Below are positions 14,627 to 24,855 of a stretch of DNA of 41,760 nt, piece by piece. The translations under genes and the position numbers were made by a program. Source of the stretch: Macrostomum lignano (lineage: Eukaryota); assembly GCA_002269645.1 (NCBI GenBank), contig NIVC01002834.1, forward strand, positions 1-41,760, given 5' to 3'. The first letter of the stretch is position 1. Every line of letters begins with the position of its first letter. The notes beneath the pieces were generated by a model. It did not search any database. It was not told the DNA's origin and saw nothing but the letters and a program-made list of their open reading frames with translations.

Positions 14627-14634
14627 CATAAATA
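14627..14634 (+). promoter_or_regulatory. Possible TATA-like box (cataaata) of scratch
   Basis: About 90 nt upstream of the best start codon (14726) in GC-rich context; motif match only. Confidence 0.3.
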
Positions 14635-14725
14635 CCCGGCTGGCCGAACGGGAAGTTTCGCTTCAAAAAACTCCATTTGGACTCATCCGGTATCTCTCTT
14701 GCCTCCGCGCCTAGTTTATCCAGTC

Positions 14726-15184
14726 ATGGACATCCAGACTCTGCTTGCGGATGTGCGCGACCGTCGGCCTCATTGACCGCGGCCGCTGCCCAGCCTCCGC
14801 CTCCTTCTACTCCATTAGCTTCATCGTCATCGAATCGCAGTCAGCAGCAGCAGCAGCACCTCATCGTGGCTCCAGTGGCCTCATATCCAGCCAAGCAGAA
14901 CTTCTCAGCGCTGGCGGCAGCTCAGCATCCGCCCCATCCTGCCCTGCCATTCCTGCCCTACTCAGCCCTGCCAGCGGCTCAGCAGCACCAGTCAGGAGCT
15001 GATGTGTACTCGACGATGCTGTCCTACATGACCTGGTGGCAGCATCAGCAGCATCAGCAGCAGCAGCAGGCGGCAGCGGCAGCGGCGGCGGCAGCAGCGG
15101 CGAAGCTGCAGATGGCGTACGCAGCCGCCGCTCCCGGGCTTCTGTCAGCGTACGCGGCAGCCGAGCTGGAAGCCAGACGACTAG
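14726..15184 (+). CDS. scrt: scratch exon 1 (Gln/Ala/Pro-rich N-terminus); start uncertain
   Basis: Open frame 14677-15184 ends at donor CTAG|gtgagc (phase 1). ATG 14726 (gtcATGg) joins this frame only if one base is missing before 14774; otherwise the first in-frame ATG is 15016. Confidence 0.6.
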
Positions 15185-16143
15185 GTGAGCTGAGCGAATA
15201 TAATTGCGGTACTTTAATTAATTCAGTACGGTACTATAGAAAGTTTATAACCGCCTGTCTCGTCCCAGCAACACCGTCATCATTTTATAGTCTAATCTAA
15301 ACCTTAGCTTATAGATACTGTGGCCACGCGACCACCACTCTACAATCACTATTTATATTTGCCTAGCCAAACCCTTCACAATAGTCCGCTACGGGTGTGG
15401 TGGGAAGGGCCATAGACAGTCACTGATTGGATTGGGTCACTGCTGCCTGCAGACCGCAGAGGGGGAGACAGCTGACTCTAAAGCAGGGGGGCACCCGTTA
15501 CGGTTTGGCTTATAATAGTTAGGTCACAGGCCTCAAACTGTTGACCAGAGGGGGCACACTGGCCACTTGAGAATACCGGACGAGTCGGCACAGACGCAGG
15601 CGGTCGTGTGTGTGTGTGTGTGTGCGACTGTCTGTCTGTCCACCTTTTATAAATTTTTCAATCCGAAGACGCGCCGCGGACAAAAGCCGCCTTCATCCGC
15701 GCATACATTATTTGTGCGATTCTGAGCGTGTGTGTGGGGCAGGGTGTCAAAGCCTGGATATTCAATGCAGAGCGGCATAAAGTGGGGGCCGCGACAGGTG
15801 GCTGGGTTGCGAAATCTCAGCTATGGGGAGCAATTGGGTGGGAAGTGTAGGTGCGCTTGAGTCCATCTCCCATCTTAGCTCCAACACACGCGCAAGAGCA
15901 CCCATCTGTTGTCCGGGACCGTTGCCTCTAAGCATTAACCGACCGTGCAGGGACAATTTTAATCTAGGGAGAGAGGGACAGAAGATTCGCTCAAATCGCT
16001 GCACTTGAGCAGTAATTCGAGCGCGAACTTTGCTCTCTTCACGCACGACCTCGCGATCTATAGCGATGCTTGCGGAGTCTGCATTCTCTCTCAGCTAAAC
16101 TTCCTGATGCTCATGACTGCCCACCGTGCGCTGACCTTTGCAG

Positions 16144-17055
16144 AGTACCTGAAGCTGCTCCACAGTCAGCTGAGCCCGCCGACACCGCAGCAGCAGCAGC
16201 TGGGATCTCAGGCTCCCGCAGCTCTGCCGCTCGCAGCCGAACACCACAGGTCCTTCGACTTGGCAGACGAGGCCTCCTTGTCGATGTCGCTGCTGCCCGA
16301 GGACCTCAGCCTGAAGGACGCCAGCAGGGAGGTGCAGCAGCAGCAACGGCAGCGACTCAAGGCAGAGCCACCAGAGGAGGAGCTGCAGGACGCGGCTGAC
16401 TCGATGACAGCAGCAGCAGCAGTACCAGCAGCAGCGAACAGCGAACTTCTTGACGATGACTACATCGTTGACGATGTTGTAGACGACGATGGTGCATCGG
16501 CGATGGCTGATGACGGCATGAAGCTGGAGGTGACGGAGGAGCTGCAGCAGCTGCCGGACACCAGCGATGAGTCGCCACAGATGCAGCAGCCGCAGTCCAT
16601 CAAGACGACGCCAGTCAGGAAGTCACTGGGCAAGAACAGCGGCTTCCAGGATGGCGTGACAGTCGGGTACACCTTCGATGCATTCTTCGTCAGCGACGGC
16701 CGATCGCGGAAGCGCAACTCGGCGCTGCAGTCGGGCGCGTCGGCAGCCTCGGGCTCGGTTGTCGGCGATCCGACCGACTCCGCTGGCGCCGACGCCAAGT
16801 GTCGGACTCGGTACACCTGCAATGAGTGCGGCAAGGACTACGCCACCTCCAGCAACCTCAGCCGGCACAAACAGACCCACCGGAGCCTATACAGCCAGCT
16901 GGCCAAGAAGTGTCCGCACTGCAGCAAGACCTACGTGTCCATGCCGGCGCTGTCCATGCACATCCTGACGCACAGCTTGAAGCACAAATGCCACATCTGC
17001 GGCAAAGCATTCAGCCGGCCTTGGCTGCTCAACGGCCACCTCAGGGCGCATACAG
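16144..17055 (+). CDS. scrt: scratch exon 2: PEDLSLK motif, Scratch domain, C2H2 fingers 1-3
   Basis: Acceptor ctgacctttgcag| is phase-compatible with exon 1 (RRL-E-YLK). Scratch box GYTFDAFFVSDGRSRKR at 16665-16715. Fingers CNECGKDYATSSNLSRHKQTH, CPHCSKTYVSMPALSMHILTH, CHICGKAFSRPWLLNGHLRAH. Donor ACAG|gtgagt. Confidence 0.93.
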
Positions 17056-17079
17056 GTGAGTCAGATTTATCTATTTATT

Positions 17080-18467
17080 CACTCCTTCAGATGTCACTCC
17101 TTCAGATGTCACTCCTTCAGATGTCACTCCTTCAGATGTCACTCCTTCAGATGTCACTCCTTCAGATGTCACTCCTTCAGATGTCACTCCTTCAGATGTC
17201 ACTCCTTCAGATGTCACTCCTTCAGATGTCACTCCTTCAGATGTCACTCCTTCAGATGTCACTCCTTCAGATGTCACTCCTTCAGATGTCACTCCTTCAG
17301 ATGTCACTCCTTCAGATGTCACTCCTTCAGATGTCACTCCTTCAGATGTCACTCCTTCAGATGTCACTCCTTCAGATGTCACTCCTTCAGATGTCACTCC
17401 TTCAGATGTCACTCCTTCAGATGTCACTCCTTCAGATGTCACTCCTTCAGATGTCACTCCTTCAGATGTCACTCCTTCAGATGTCACTCCTTCAGATGTC
17501 ACTCCTTCAGATGTCACTCCTTCAGATGTCACTCCTTCAGATGTCACTCCTTCAGATGTCACTCCTTCAGATGTCACTCCTTCAGATGTCACTCCTTCAG
17601 ATGTCACTCCTTCAGATGTCACTCCTTCAGATGTCACTCCTTCAGATGTCACTCCTTCAGATGTCACTCCTTCAGATGTCACTCCTTCAGATGTCACTCC
17701 TTCAGATGTCACTCCTTCAGATGTCACTCCTTCAGATGTCACTCCTTCAGATGTCACTCCTTCAGATGTCACTCCTTCAGATGTCACTCCTTCAGATGTC
17801 ACTCCTTCAGATGTCACTCCTTCAGATGTCACTCCTTCAGATGTCACTCCTTCAGATGTCACTCCTTCAGATGTCACTCCTTCAGATGTCACTCCTTCAG
17901 ATGTCACTCCTTCAGATGTCACTCCTTCAGATGTCACTCCTTCAGATGTCACTCCTTCAGATGTCACTCCTTCAGATGTCACTCCTTCAGATGTCACTCC
18001 TTCAGATGTCACTCCTTCAGATGTCACTCCTTCAGATGTCACTCCTTCAGATGTCACTCCTTCAGATGTCACTCCTTCAGATGTCACTCCTTCAGATGTC
18101 ACTCCTTCAGATGTCACTCCTTCAGATGTCACTCCTTCAGATGTCACTCCTTCAGATGTCACTCCTTCAGATGTCACTCCTTCAGATGTCACTCCTTCAG
18201 ATGTCACTCCTTCAGATGTCACTCCTTCAGATGTCACTCCTTCAGATGTCACTCCTTCAGATGTCAATCCTTCAGATGTCACTCCTTCAGATGTCACTCC
18301 TTCAGATGTCACTCCTTCAGATGTCACTCCTTCAGATGTCACTCCTTCAGATGTCACTCCTTCAGATGTCACTCCTTCAGATGTCACTCCTTCAGATGTC
18401 ACTCCTTCAGATGTCACTCCTTCAGATGTCACTCCTTCAGATGTCACTCCTTCAGATGTCACTCCTT
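17080..18467. repeat. 15-bp satellite (cactccttcagatgt), 92 full copies, filling scratch intron 2 (17056-18497)
   Basis: Near-perfect array; the only variant I saw is c>a at 18267. Confidence 0.97.
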
Positions 18468-18497
18468 TCTAACCAGAGAATCGGAACCGTTCCGCAG

Positions 18498-18775
18498 GTG
18501 AAAAGCCGTTCGGCTGCGCTCACTGCGGCAAGGCGTTCGCAGACCGGTCGAACCTGCGCGCCCACATGCAGACTCACTCGGCCGAGAAGCAGTTCCGGTG
18601 CTCAAAGTGCGACAAGTCGTTCGCACTGAAGTCTTACCTGAACAAGCACCAGGAGTCGGCCTGCCAGACCTCTGCCGGTTCCATCTCAGCCGACGCCATG
18701 ATGGACGCGGACTCCAGGGCCGACTCAGCAGAGTGCATGACTCCATCAGCAGCTCAAGCCGACAACTCGCAATGA
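18498..18775 (+). CDS. scrt: scratch exon 3: C2H2 fingers 4-5 and stop
   Basis: Acceptor ttccgcag|GT restores TGEKPFGCAHCGKAFADRSNLRAHMQTHS...CSKCDKSFALKSYLNKHQESAC, the Scratch-type finger array. TGA at 18773-18775. Confidence 0.95.
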
Positions 18776-21022
18776 TTGACCATCACTGCGTGTGAATGTG
18801 AATGTTTGTTTGTATGAAGCAAGCAGTGAAATTCACTGTGATAACAGCACCATGACATTAAAATTATATTATTAAACCACAGTTGCACACAAGGCGTCAA
18901 GTTTTAATTTCAGCTTCTCTTGCTTGTATATCAGCAGATGTCATTGTAAACATGATTTGCTTTTAAAGACACTTTGTAACTTTTTATGTTTATAAAAATT
19001 ACCATATTATACACAATGAGCCACTTTTATGTAAGCCATTTTATAAGTAAGCCTATATATGCTTCATTCTGCTAGCTTTAAAAGTACAAAGCAATTGTTA
19101 CAGTTTTATCTGCAGCATATATTGGCGGTTTTATCATATTTACGTACTAATTTATAAACTAATAAATTATTCAATCAGCGATTTGTAAATTTGTTTTTCT
19201 TATGTGCTTCAGATGACAAATACAAATTAGTAAACGAATACGTGAAGGTTTTAACGATCCAGTCGAATTTTAAACTATCTGCAATCTGTCTAGTGTAAGA
19301 AATTTAAACTCGCGCTTAGTTTTTGTTTTACTAATGTGTCCCATTCGATAAGAGGGGAAAGAGAAGACGGAAGCCAGCAACAAATTGAAGTTGCAGCAAA
19401 GACCAGATGGATTAAGATTTCATTTGCATGCAATTTACAATTTATCCCAAAGAGATGCTAAGAAACAGATAAGTTTCCCACTTCTCCGGTGGGAAGGCGA
19501 ACCCACAGGACATGTTGCTCAGAAATCAACATTTAAATCCCAATGAATTGAAGGCCGCACAAGGTTTTCTATTTGACAACTTTAATGCATAAAAAACTTG
19601 GTTCTCTCACAGGATGAGTACAGGCAATGGGGAATAGGGGGGAAATGAGAGGGGAAATAATCCCCTGGAATGGGCAGGATTATCCCAGATGTGCCAAGGT
19701 GCGAAGAAATCCGAGGCCGCAGGGGAGCTGAGAGGCTGTGTTTTTCTTGATGACGAGAATCGAGCCAGCAGGGGGGTTGCCATCAGGTTTCCGACACACC
19801 TGAGGGCGCAGCGCAGACTTCATCAGCCTCCCAACAGGCAAGAGCCGCAGCCCCAGAGGCCAGATCCAGGCCATATTGGCAAAAGCAAATTGAGTGTTTC
19901 TCGGGCCAACATCACAGAAATCGATTGCAGGCAGAGCCACGGAGAGAGCAGTCAACAGACCTGCTTGGAGAGACACAATCCTCCCCACCTGATGCTTACA
20001 AAGAAAACAGTTTTGCTTGATGAGCGAGCGGTCAACTCTCTTTTATATAGACAAGATTGGCTCACAGCCGCCCAGATAAAAAACTTTCCATAGGCTGAGT
20101 CAACATGCTGAAATTGAGTTCAGGCGGGCATTCAGTAATGGCCTTGGCAAAGTTGATACTCATGCAGCCTGGCATTATCCTCTTCAAGTCTGCCCCAGCC
20201 TCCCATGGTCAGTGCTGCATCTCCAGGGGATTCTCAGATCCAAAGCCGCGACAAAAAGGAACCGAATTTGTGCAGCAACACTGCGGGTAGCTTTCGGACA
20301 ATATAAATATATACACAAGGAGACTCCGTCTGCTGGGGATTAACAGATCCTCTTTCTCCTAGTAGCAGAAGAGAACTGCTCAGCCAGGCCCCCCCCAATC
20401 TTCTTATCCCTCTTTGCCATTCCAATTCCCTCAAGGACTCACCTTCTGTTGCAGGCAGGGGCAGGTGACTGCGATCCTGACCAGTTGTAGTAGCATCCTC
20501 TCTGGCTTAAGCCCGAAATCGCTCGCGTGGCTCTCGCAAGAAGTGAAGAGAGAGAGAGAGAGTTTGTAGAAATTTGAGAACTATAGTGCTCATTCTTATG
20601 CTCATCTGCTCATTTAAATTTCAATGCCATATGCAACACTTTCTGACACGCTGCAAGGCACAGATAGCTAATGATGAAAAACCCAAGCATCCGAACTGTT
20701 TTGTTCGCCCGTGCGTGAAAATTTTTAGCGGCAAAAATTTTTGGGGGCTTGGCTAATCTGAAGCTCCGATGCCCGTTGATTGCAGGGGGGGGGCGTGTCT
20801 CGGAGTCTGAGAAGCGGCGATCTGCGGCGGGGCACGCATCCGTACCAGAGGGGATAAAATCCCCCACTCCCACTCACACACACCAGCTGTCTAACAGACT
20901 GACCCCGGCTTGTGCCCATTTAGTTTCGAGCCTCTCTTTCGCTAACTTTCCCTTTATGTGGAGAAAAGACGGGGCGTCATCAATTTCGCGAGCTAGGGGG
21001 GGGGATTCTGTCACACGTGGTC

Positions 21023-21270
21023 AGTAGTATATACGATACAAAATACCCAGCAAACCATTCTCACCATTGCAAACAATTTAACCCTTTATCAGTGTGAAAT
21101 GGCCTGTTTCCCTTCATTTTCGCTCGTCTTCACTTCGCTCAACTCGCTTCGCTCATCCTCGCTTCATTTCGGTCAAACAGGCCATTTCACACTTACAACG
21201 ATTAATTCTTTTTGAATGGTGAGAACACGCTCTCGTCGTTCGCTTTGGTTTGCTGGGTATTTTGTATCGT
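21023..21270. repeat. Left-terminal fold-back palindrome
   Basis: Perfect arms 21033-21056/21247-21270 (24 bp), 21058-21068/21215-21225 (11 bp), 21091-21109/21175-21193 (19 bp). Pyrimidine-rich loop with ttcgctc-type repeats. Confidence 0.9.
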
Positions 21271-21360
21271 CAACGCTTCCAACTCTCTCCAACACACACA
21301 AACTTTCTAGAACCCGTCGCACGCGCCGCAGGCGCTAAGGGTCTTTTTCTGTTACTAAAA

Positions 21361-21675
21361 ATGACCCGAGTTTACACCTTTTCTGTTAGTGATACTTTTG
21401 AGACTGTTGCTAAAAATGCAGAGATAATAAAACAACATATTTTGAATGGAATAATTGATGAAGTTTATTTAAAATATGACGACAAGCACGACCTAAAACT
21501 TTATCCATTAGAGCTAGATGAGATGTATGATTTAGAACAAGAGGGCGAGTTAATATTTCAACTTGGAGATTATTTAAATTCGGATGATTGGGAGGTTAGA
21601 TCAACAGATTCCGAATCAACAAATAGTTCATATGAAACCAGTGATTCAGAGAATGAAAGTGAAATTTTTATGTGA
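21361..21675 (+). CDS. Hypothetical viral protein, acidic C-terminus (~104 aa)
   Basis: ATG after taaaa; ORF track; no recognisable family. Confidence 0.65.
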   Translation: MTRVYTFSVSDTFETVAKNAEIIKQHILNGIIDEVYLKYDDKHDLKLYPLELDEMYDLEQEGELIFQLGDYLNSDDWEVRSTDSESTNSSYETSDSENESEIFM

Positions 21676-21691
21676 AAAAAATATTTAAAAA

Positions 21692-21916
21692 ATGAACTAT
21701 TATTCTATAACAGAAACGACATTTATTGTGAAAAATATATATAAAAAAATGAAGGTAAACTATTCCTACATCGGAAATGTGCCGATTAATGAACTTAATG
21801 AAAATTTAAGTTTGATAACAGTTGAACAAATGTCAATAATAATATTAGTAACAATTATAGTAATAATATTGTTTTTGTTTGTTATAAAAAATTTACTACC
21901 ATGTTGTCTCAAGTAA
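21692..21916 (+). CDS. Small single-pass membrane protein (74 aa)
   Basis: Hydrophobic stretch MSIIILVTIIVIILFLFVI followed by PCC; taaaaaATG start. Confidence 0.6.
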   Translation: MNYYSITETTFIVKNIYKKMKVNYSYIGNVPINELNENLSLITVEQMSIIILVTIIVIILFLFVIKNLLPCCLK

Positions 21917-21926
21917 TTGTTCGAAC

Positions 21927-23077
21927 TTAGTTCGCTGATATTAGTTGGTTCTCATAAAACGAACCCAATATTTCTTCACCGTCCTTATCAGCAATTATAT
22001 AGGTTGTAGGATTGGTATTTAAAACTTTACTGATAGTAAATTTCTCACTTATCTTCCAATATCCTTTTCTTCCTTTTTCAAACTTATCTTTCCATTTATA
22101 GATATAAACAGAATCACCAACTTTAAAATCTTTAGTTTTCTTTTTTTCAAATTTTCCAAAAGTAACCCTAACATTTTCAGGATTGTTATAAGCTTGTTGA
22201 GGAGTCATCTTTATAGCTGAATGATATGAATTGTTATAATCTTTCACTACGTCTGGTAATATTTTTACCCATTTTTGGTTACCATTAAGACTAAACTGAA
22301 ACCATAATTTCTTACCTAAAGTTCTATTAAATCTTTCTATTAATGCGTTTTTACTCTCTCCATAAATAGAATAAATTTTATTAATATACTCCCCATTCGC
22401 GTCCTTTTTCCTTTCTTGTCCTTTTTCAAAATGATATAATTTATACATATGAGGATTGTAAAATTCTTTTCCTTCGTCAACACACAAACGTTCGCTTTTT
22501 TCTCCAAGACTTCTAAAAGCAGCAGCAACATCCTCTCCTTTTTTGGATTTCAAAGGAACAGCCCACGCGTATCGAGTAAAACCATCTAATATGGTTAAGA
22601 TATATTTATATCCTCTTTCGTTCGGCATAGACATTAAATCAGCATACCAAATTTCGTTCTTTTTGAAGTTCATGATTTTTCTATAAAATTTAGGTTTTCG
22701 ATATTCTTTATGAAGAATCTTTGCCTCATCAGAACTTAACCCACCGCCACTTAACAACAAACACTCAACACAATTATTTCCATGTTGATTATAATTAATT
22801 CCCAAACCAAATTTAACTTTAGACTGCAAAATCTTTTTAACCATCCACCTAGTTAATCTCTGACCTACTGATAATCCCTGCAAGTTATCTAATCCTTGAA
22901 TCATTTTTTGATCGGCTTCATGTTTTAATCTTAATGCTTCCTCGGGTGAGTTCTTATCAGCATCTCTGTATGCTAAGTCATGATAGTATGCTAACCAATC
23001 AATACCGTTAATGGGAATTGAATCGGCTTTTGGAGTATTATCAGGATTTAATCGGAGATCGAGTCGAGTCAACCCGG
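21927..23077 (-). CDS. Exon 2 of PLA2X-integrase gene: PLA2 catalytic helix plus retroviral-type (rve) DDE integrase
   Basis: PINGIDWLAYYHDLAY (parvovirus-type PLA2 HD), KVKFGLG, then WYADL / CVDEGKEF / IERFNRT DDE triad and Polinton-type C-terminus FKVGDSV...GSFYENQL. One base appears missing just after the splice junction. Confidence 0.9.
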
Positions 23078-23403
23078 CCTTTATACCTTTGCTTTCACAA
23101 AGGAGTAGACTGTGTCTTAAGCTATCATAAGGATTGACTAAGTCCTTCAAGCCCACCAGCGTACAGTCGTTGCATCTCAACCATACTCAAGTCATATGAG
23201 GTTAGGTTTTCGATTCACTCTTGCCCATATATTTATCTTCAAGCTTGTTACCGTTGGGAAGAGGAGTTACCTCTGTTCCTTTGTAATCTTTCGAAAACAA
23301 AGTGGTACTTGAAGCTTTAGGGGATTGAGTGAGCGGCTGGTGTTGCCACTAATAGTGACTAGCAGTAGCTTTGCATCTACCACTCGGGCACAGCTCGAGC
23401 TCC
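23078..23403 (-). ncRNA. Group I self-splicing intron, IC1-like, 326 nt, no internal ORF
   Basis: P1 exon CGGGU with IGS GCCCG (U.G at the splice site). P3 CACCAGC/GCUGGUG. P4 UCACUC/GAGUGA. P5a CUUCAAG/CUUGAAG. P5b CUUUGU/ACAAAG with GAAA loop. P6 AUC/GAU. P7 ACGACUG/CAGUCU within AAGACACAGUCU. P9.0 CU/AG. P9 CCUUUGU-GAAA-GCAAAGG. Terminal G at 23078. Excision restores YNFAG|PG. Confidence 0.9.
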
Positions 23404-23529
23404 ACCCGCGAAGTTGTAAGATGGGATGTGTAATTCATTTGTATACCTTCCAGTAGTAAAGATTGGTGGTAAGCTTGTTAATCCTTTTTGAACATCTAAC
23501 AATCCTCCTTCAAACACTATTTGGCTCAT
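23404..23529 (-). CDS. Exon 1 of PLA2X-integrase gene (42 codons, ends ELHIPSYNFAG)
   Basis: taaaaATG at 23529. ELHIPSYNFAG matches the start of the viral PLA2 Ca-binding loop (cf. LPGYxYLGPG). Confidence 0.88.
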
Positions 23530-24127
23530 TTTTAATAGCCTTAAAAATACATGAAAGCACCAATTGTTTTGCAAATTCTTCTATGGTTGGTTGTTTATCA
23601 TTTTTTGAAATATTATCTACAGCAACTAAGTATCTTTTATTTCTCCAATTTTCAGACTTTTTAATTTGTTCTTCATCGCGATAATCAAAAGATGAAGCAG
23701 GAATAAAATGGTCAACATGCAAAACACCAATATAATCTTTTGGCACATAATAATGTTTTGTGAAATTTAACCAATCAGTAAAGAATTCAATTGAGCAACC
23801 AAGGTAATCAACAGTATGATTATTTTTTCGAGCATTATTAGATTTTAGAAGAGAATATATTCTATTTCGTGTGTTTAAAATAAGTTTGTAATTTTCATCA
23901 GTTAATCTTCTTTCATTTTGATATTTTCTGCGCCTTTCTATATTATTTTTATCATATTCTTTTTTCCATTGAAGCTTATATTCACGATTTTTCTCATACC
24001 ATTCTTTATCATACTTTCTCTCACAAGGTTTGCAAATACTATAATATCTATTTTGATCTCTACGAAATCTAAAATAATCCAAAATTTTCTCTTCTTTACA
24101 TTTATTACAAATTTTTGTTTCATCCAT
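23510..24127 (-). CDS. Free-standing HNH endonuclease with N-terminal CxxC/CxxC module
   Basis: CNKC...CKPC, charged helical linker, YLGCS, and LHVDHFIPASSF...WRN...DNISKNDK. Resembles HNH nucleases common in large DNA viruses (from memory of the motif). Confidence 0.82.
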   Translation of the reverse strand: MDETKICNKCKEEKILDYFRFRRDQNRYYSICKPCERKYDKEWYEKNREYKLQWKKEYDKNNIERRRKYQNERRLTDENYKLILNTRNRIYSLLKSNNARKNNHTVDYLGCSIEFFTDWLNFTKHYYVPKDYIGVLHVDHFIPASSFDYRDEEQIKKSENWRNKRYLVAVDNISKNDKQPTIEEFAKQLVLSCIFKAIKNEPNSV

Positions 24128-24155
24128 TTTATAAAAAAATAAATTTAACAATTAA

Positions 24156-24821
24156 TTAAACACCAGTATGTCCAGCAGCTTTCGCAGCAGCTAAAACAAG
24201 TTTTCGTGGTGTTTTAAATCCATCACCAACAGCTAGTTTGTTATTTATAGAATTAACAATCCTTTTATACAAGCTGGTATTTTTAACAGCTCCTCCTAAC
24301 TCATCATAAAAAATTCTAGCACTTATTAATTCATCCCTAGTATATAAATCAGGGTTAAATTTTACCCTAGGGTTCATAACAATATTATATGCTCCACCCA
24401 ATTCTCTATATAGTTCATTTCGATTTTTATCAACTCCACCAATTCGATAATTATTATTACCTAAATCTGTCGCAGCAATACTAGCTGGTACTCTTGGATA
24501 TTGTTCCCGATCGCCCCGCTCTGCACGTCTAATCTCTGCAATTCTCAATTGTGCTTGATCAACATCATAAGCAGGCGGCTCATCTAAAAGTTCATCCTCT
24601 TTTGGCTCAGTATTTTTAGCAATTTTTTCCAGAAGATCTTTATCTGTTTTTTCTAGTTCACTAATTTTCCCAGTAATAGGATTAACAAAAGGAGCAGCAA
24701 ATCTTTCACCCGCTAATTGTATTCCTAACTTTCTTTTTTGTAAATTTCTAACAAAATCAGAATATCTTTGCTTCTCTTTATAAATCGCTAACTCTCCATC
24801 AACGTCCATAAATTGACTCAT
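24156..24821 (-). CDS. Hypothetical viral protein (221 aa), possibly a protease-processed core protein
   Basis: taaaaaATG start; C-terminal AVGDG|F resembles an adenain site; function inferred. Confidence 0.7.
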   Translation of the reverse strand: MSQFMDVDGELAIYKEKQRYSDFVRNLQKRKLGIQLAGERFAAPFVNPITGKISELEKTDKDLLEKIAKNTEPKEDELLDEPPAYDVDQAQLRIAEIRRAERGDREQYPRVPASIAATDLGNNNYRIGGVDKNRNELYRELGGAYNIVMNPRVKFNPDLYTRDELISARIFYDELGGAVKNTSLYKRIVNSINNKLAVGDGFKTPRKLVLAAAKAAGHTGV

Positions 24822-24855
24822 TTTTTAACATAAAAAACTTTTTTAACTTAAAAAA

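Noticed and set aside
16005-18629. 874-aa ORF with (MSLLQ)n and antisense (EGVTS)n / (CHSFR)n ORFs
   Set aside because: Read-through of exon 2 into the intronic 15-bp satellite; canonical splice sites restore the TGEKPF linker
19600-20500. GC-rich stretch with short ORFs, possibly a transposon remnant
   Set aside because: No identifiable motifs, TIRs or TSDs
21927-23180. Track start of the 417-aa ORF (MRCNDCTL...)
   Set aside because: The first ~34 codons lie inside the group I intron (P7-P9); the real start is most likely ATG 23529
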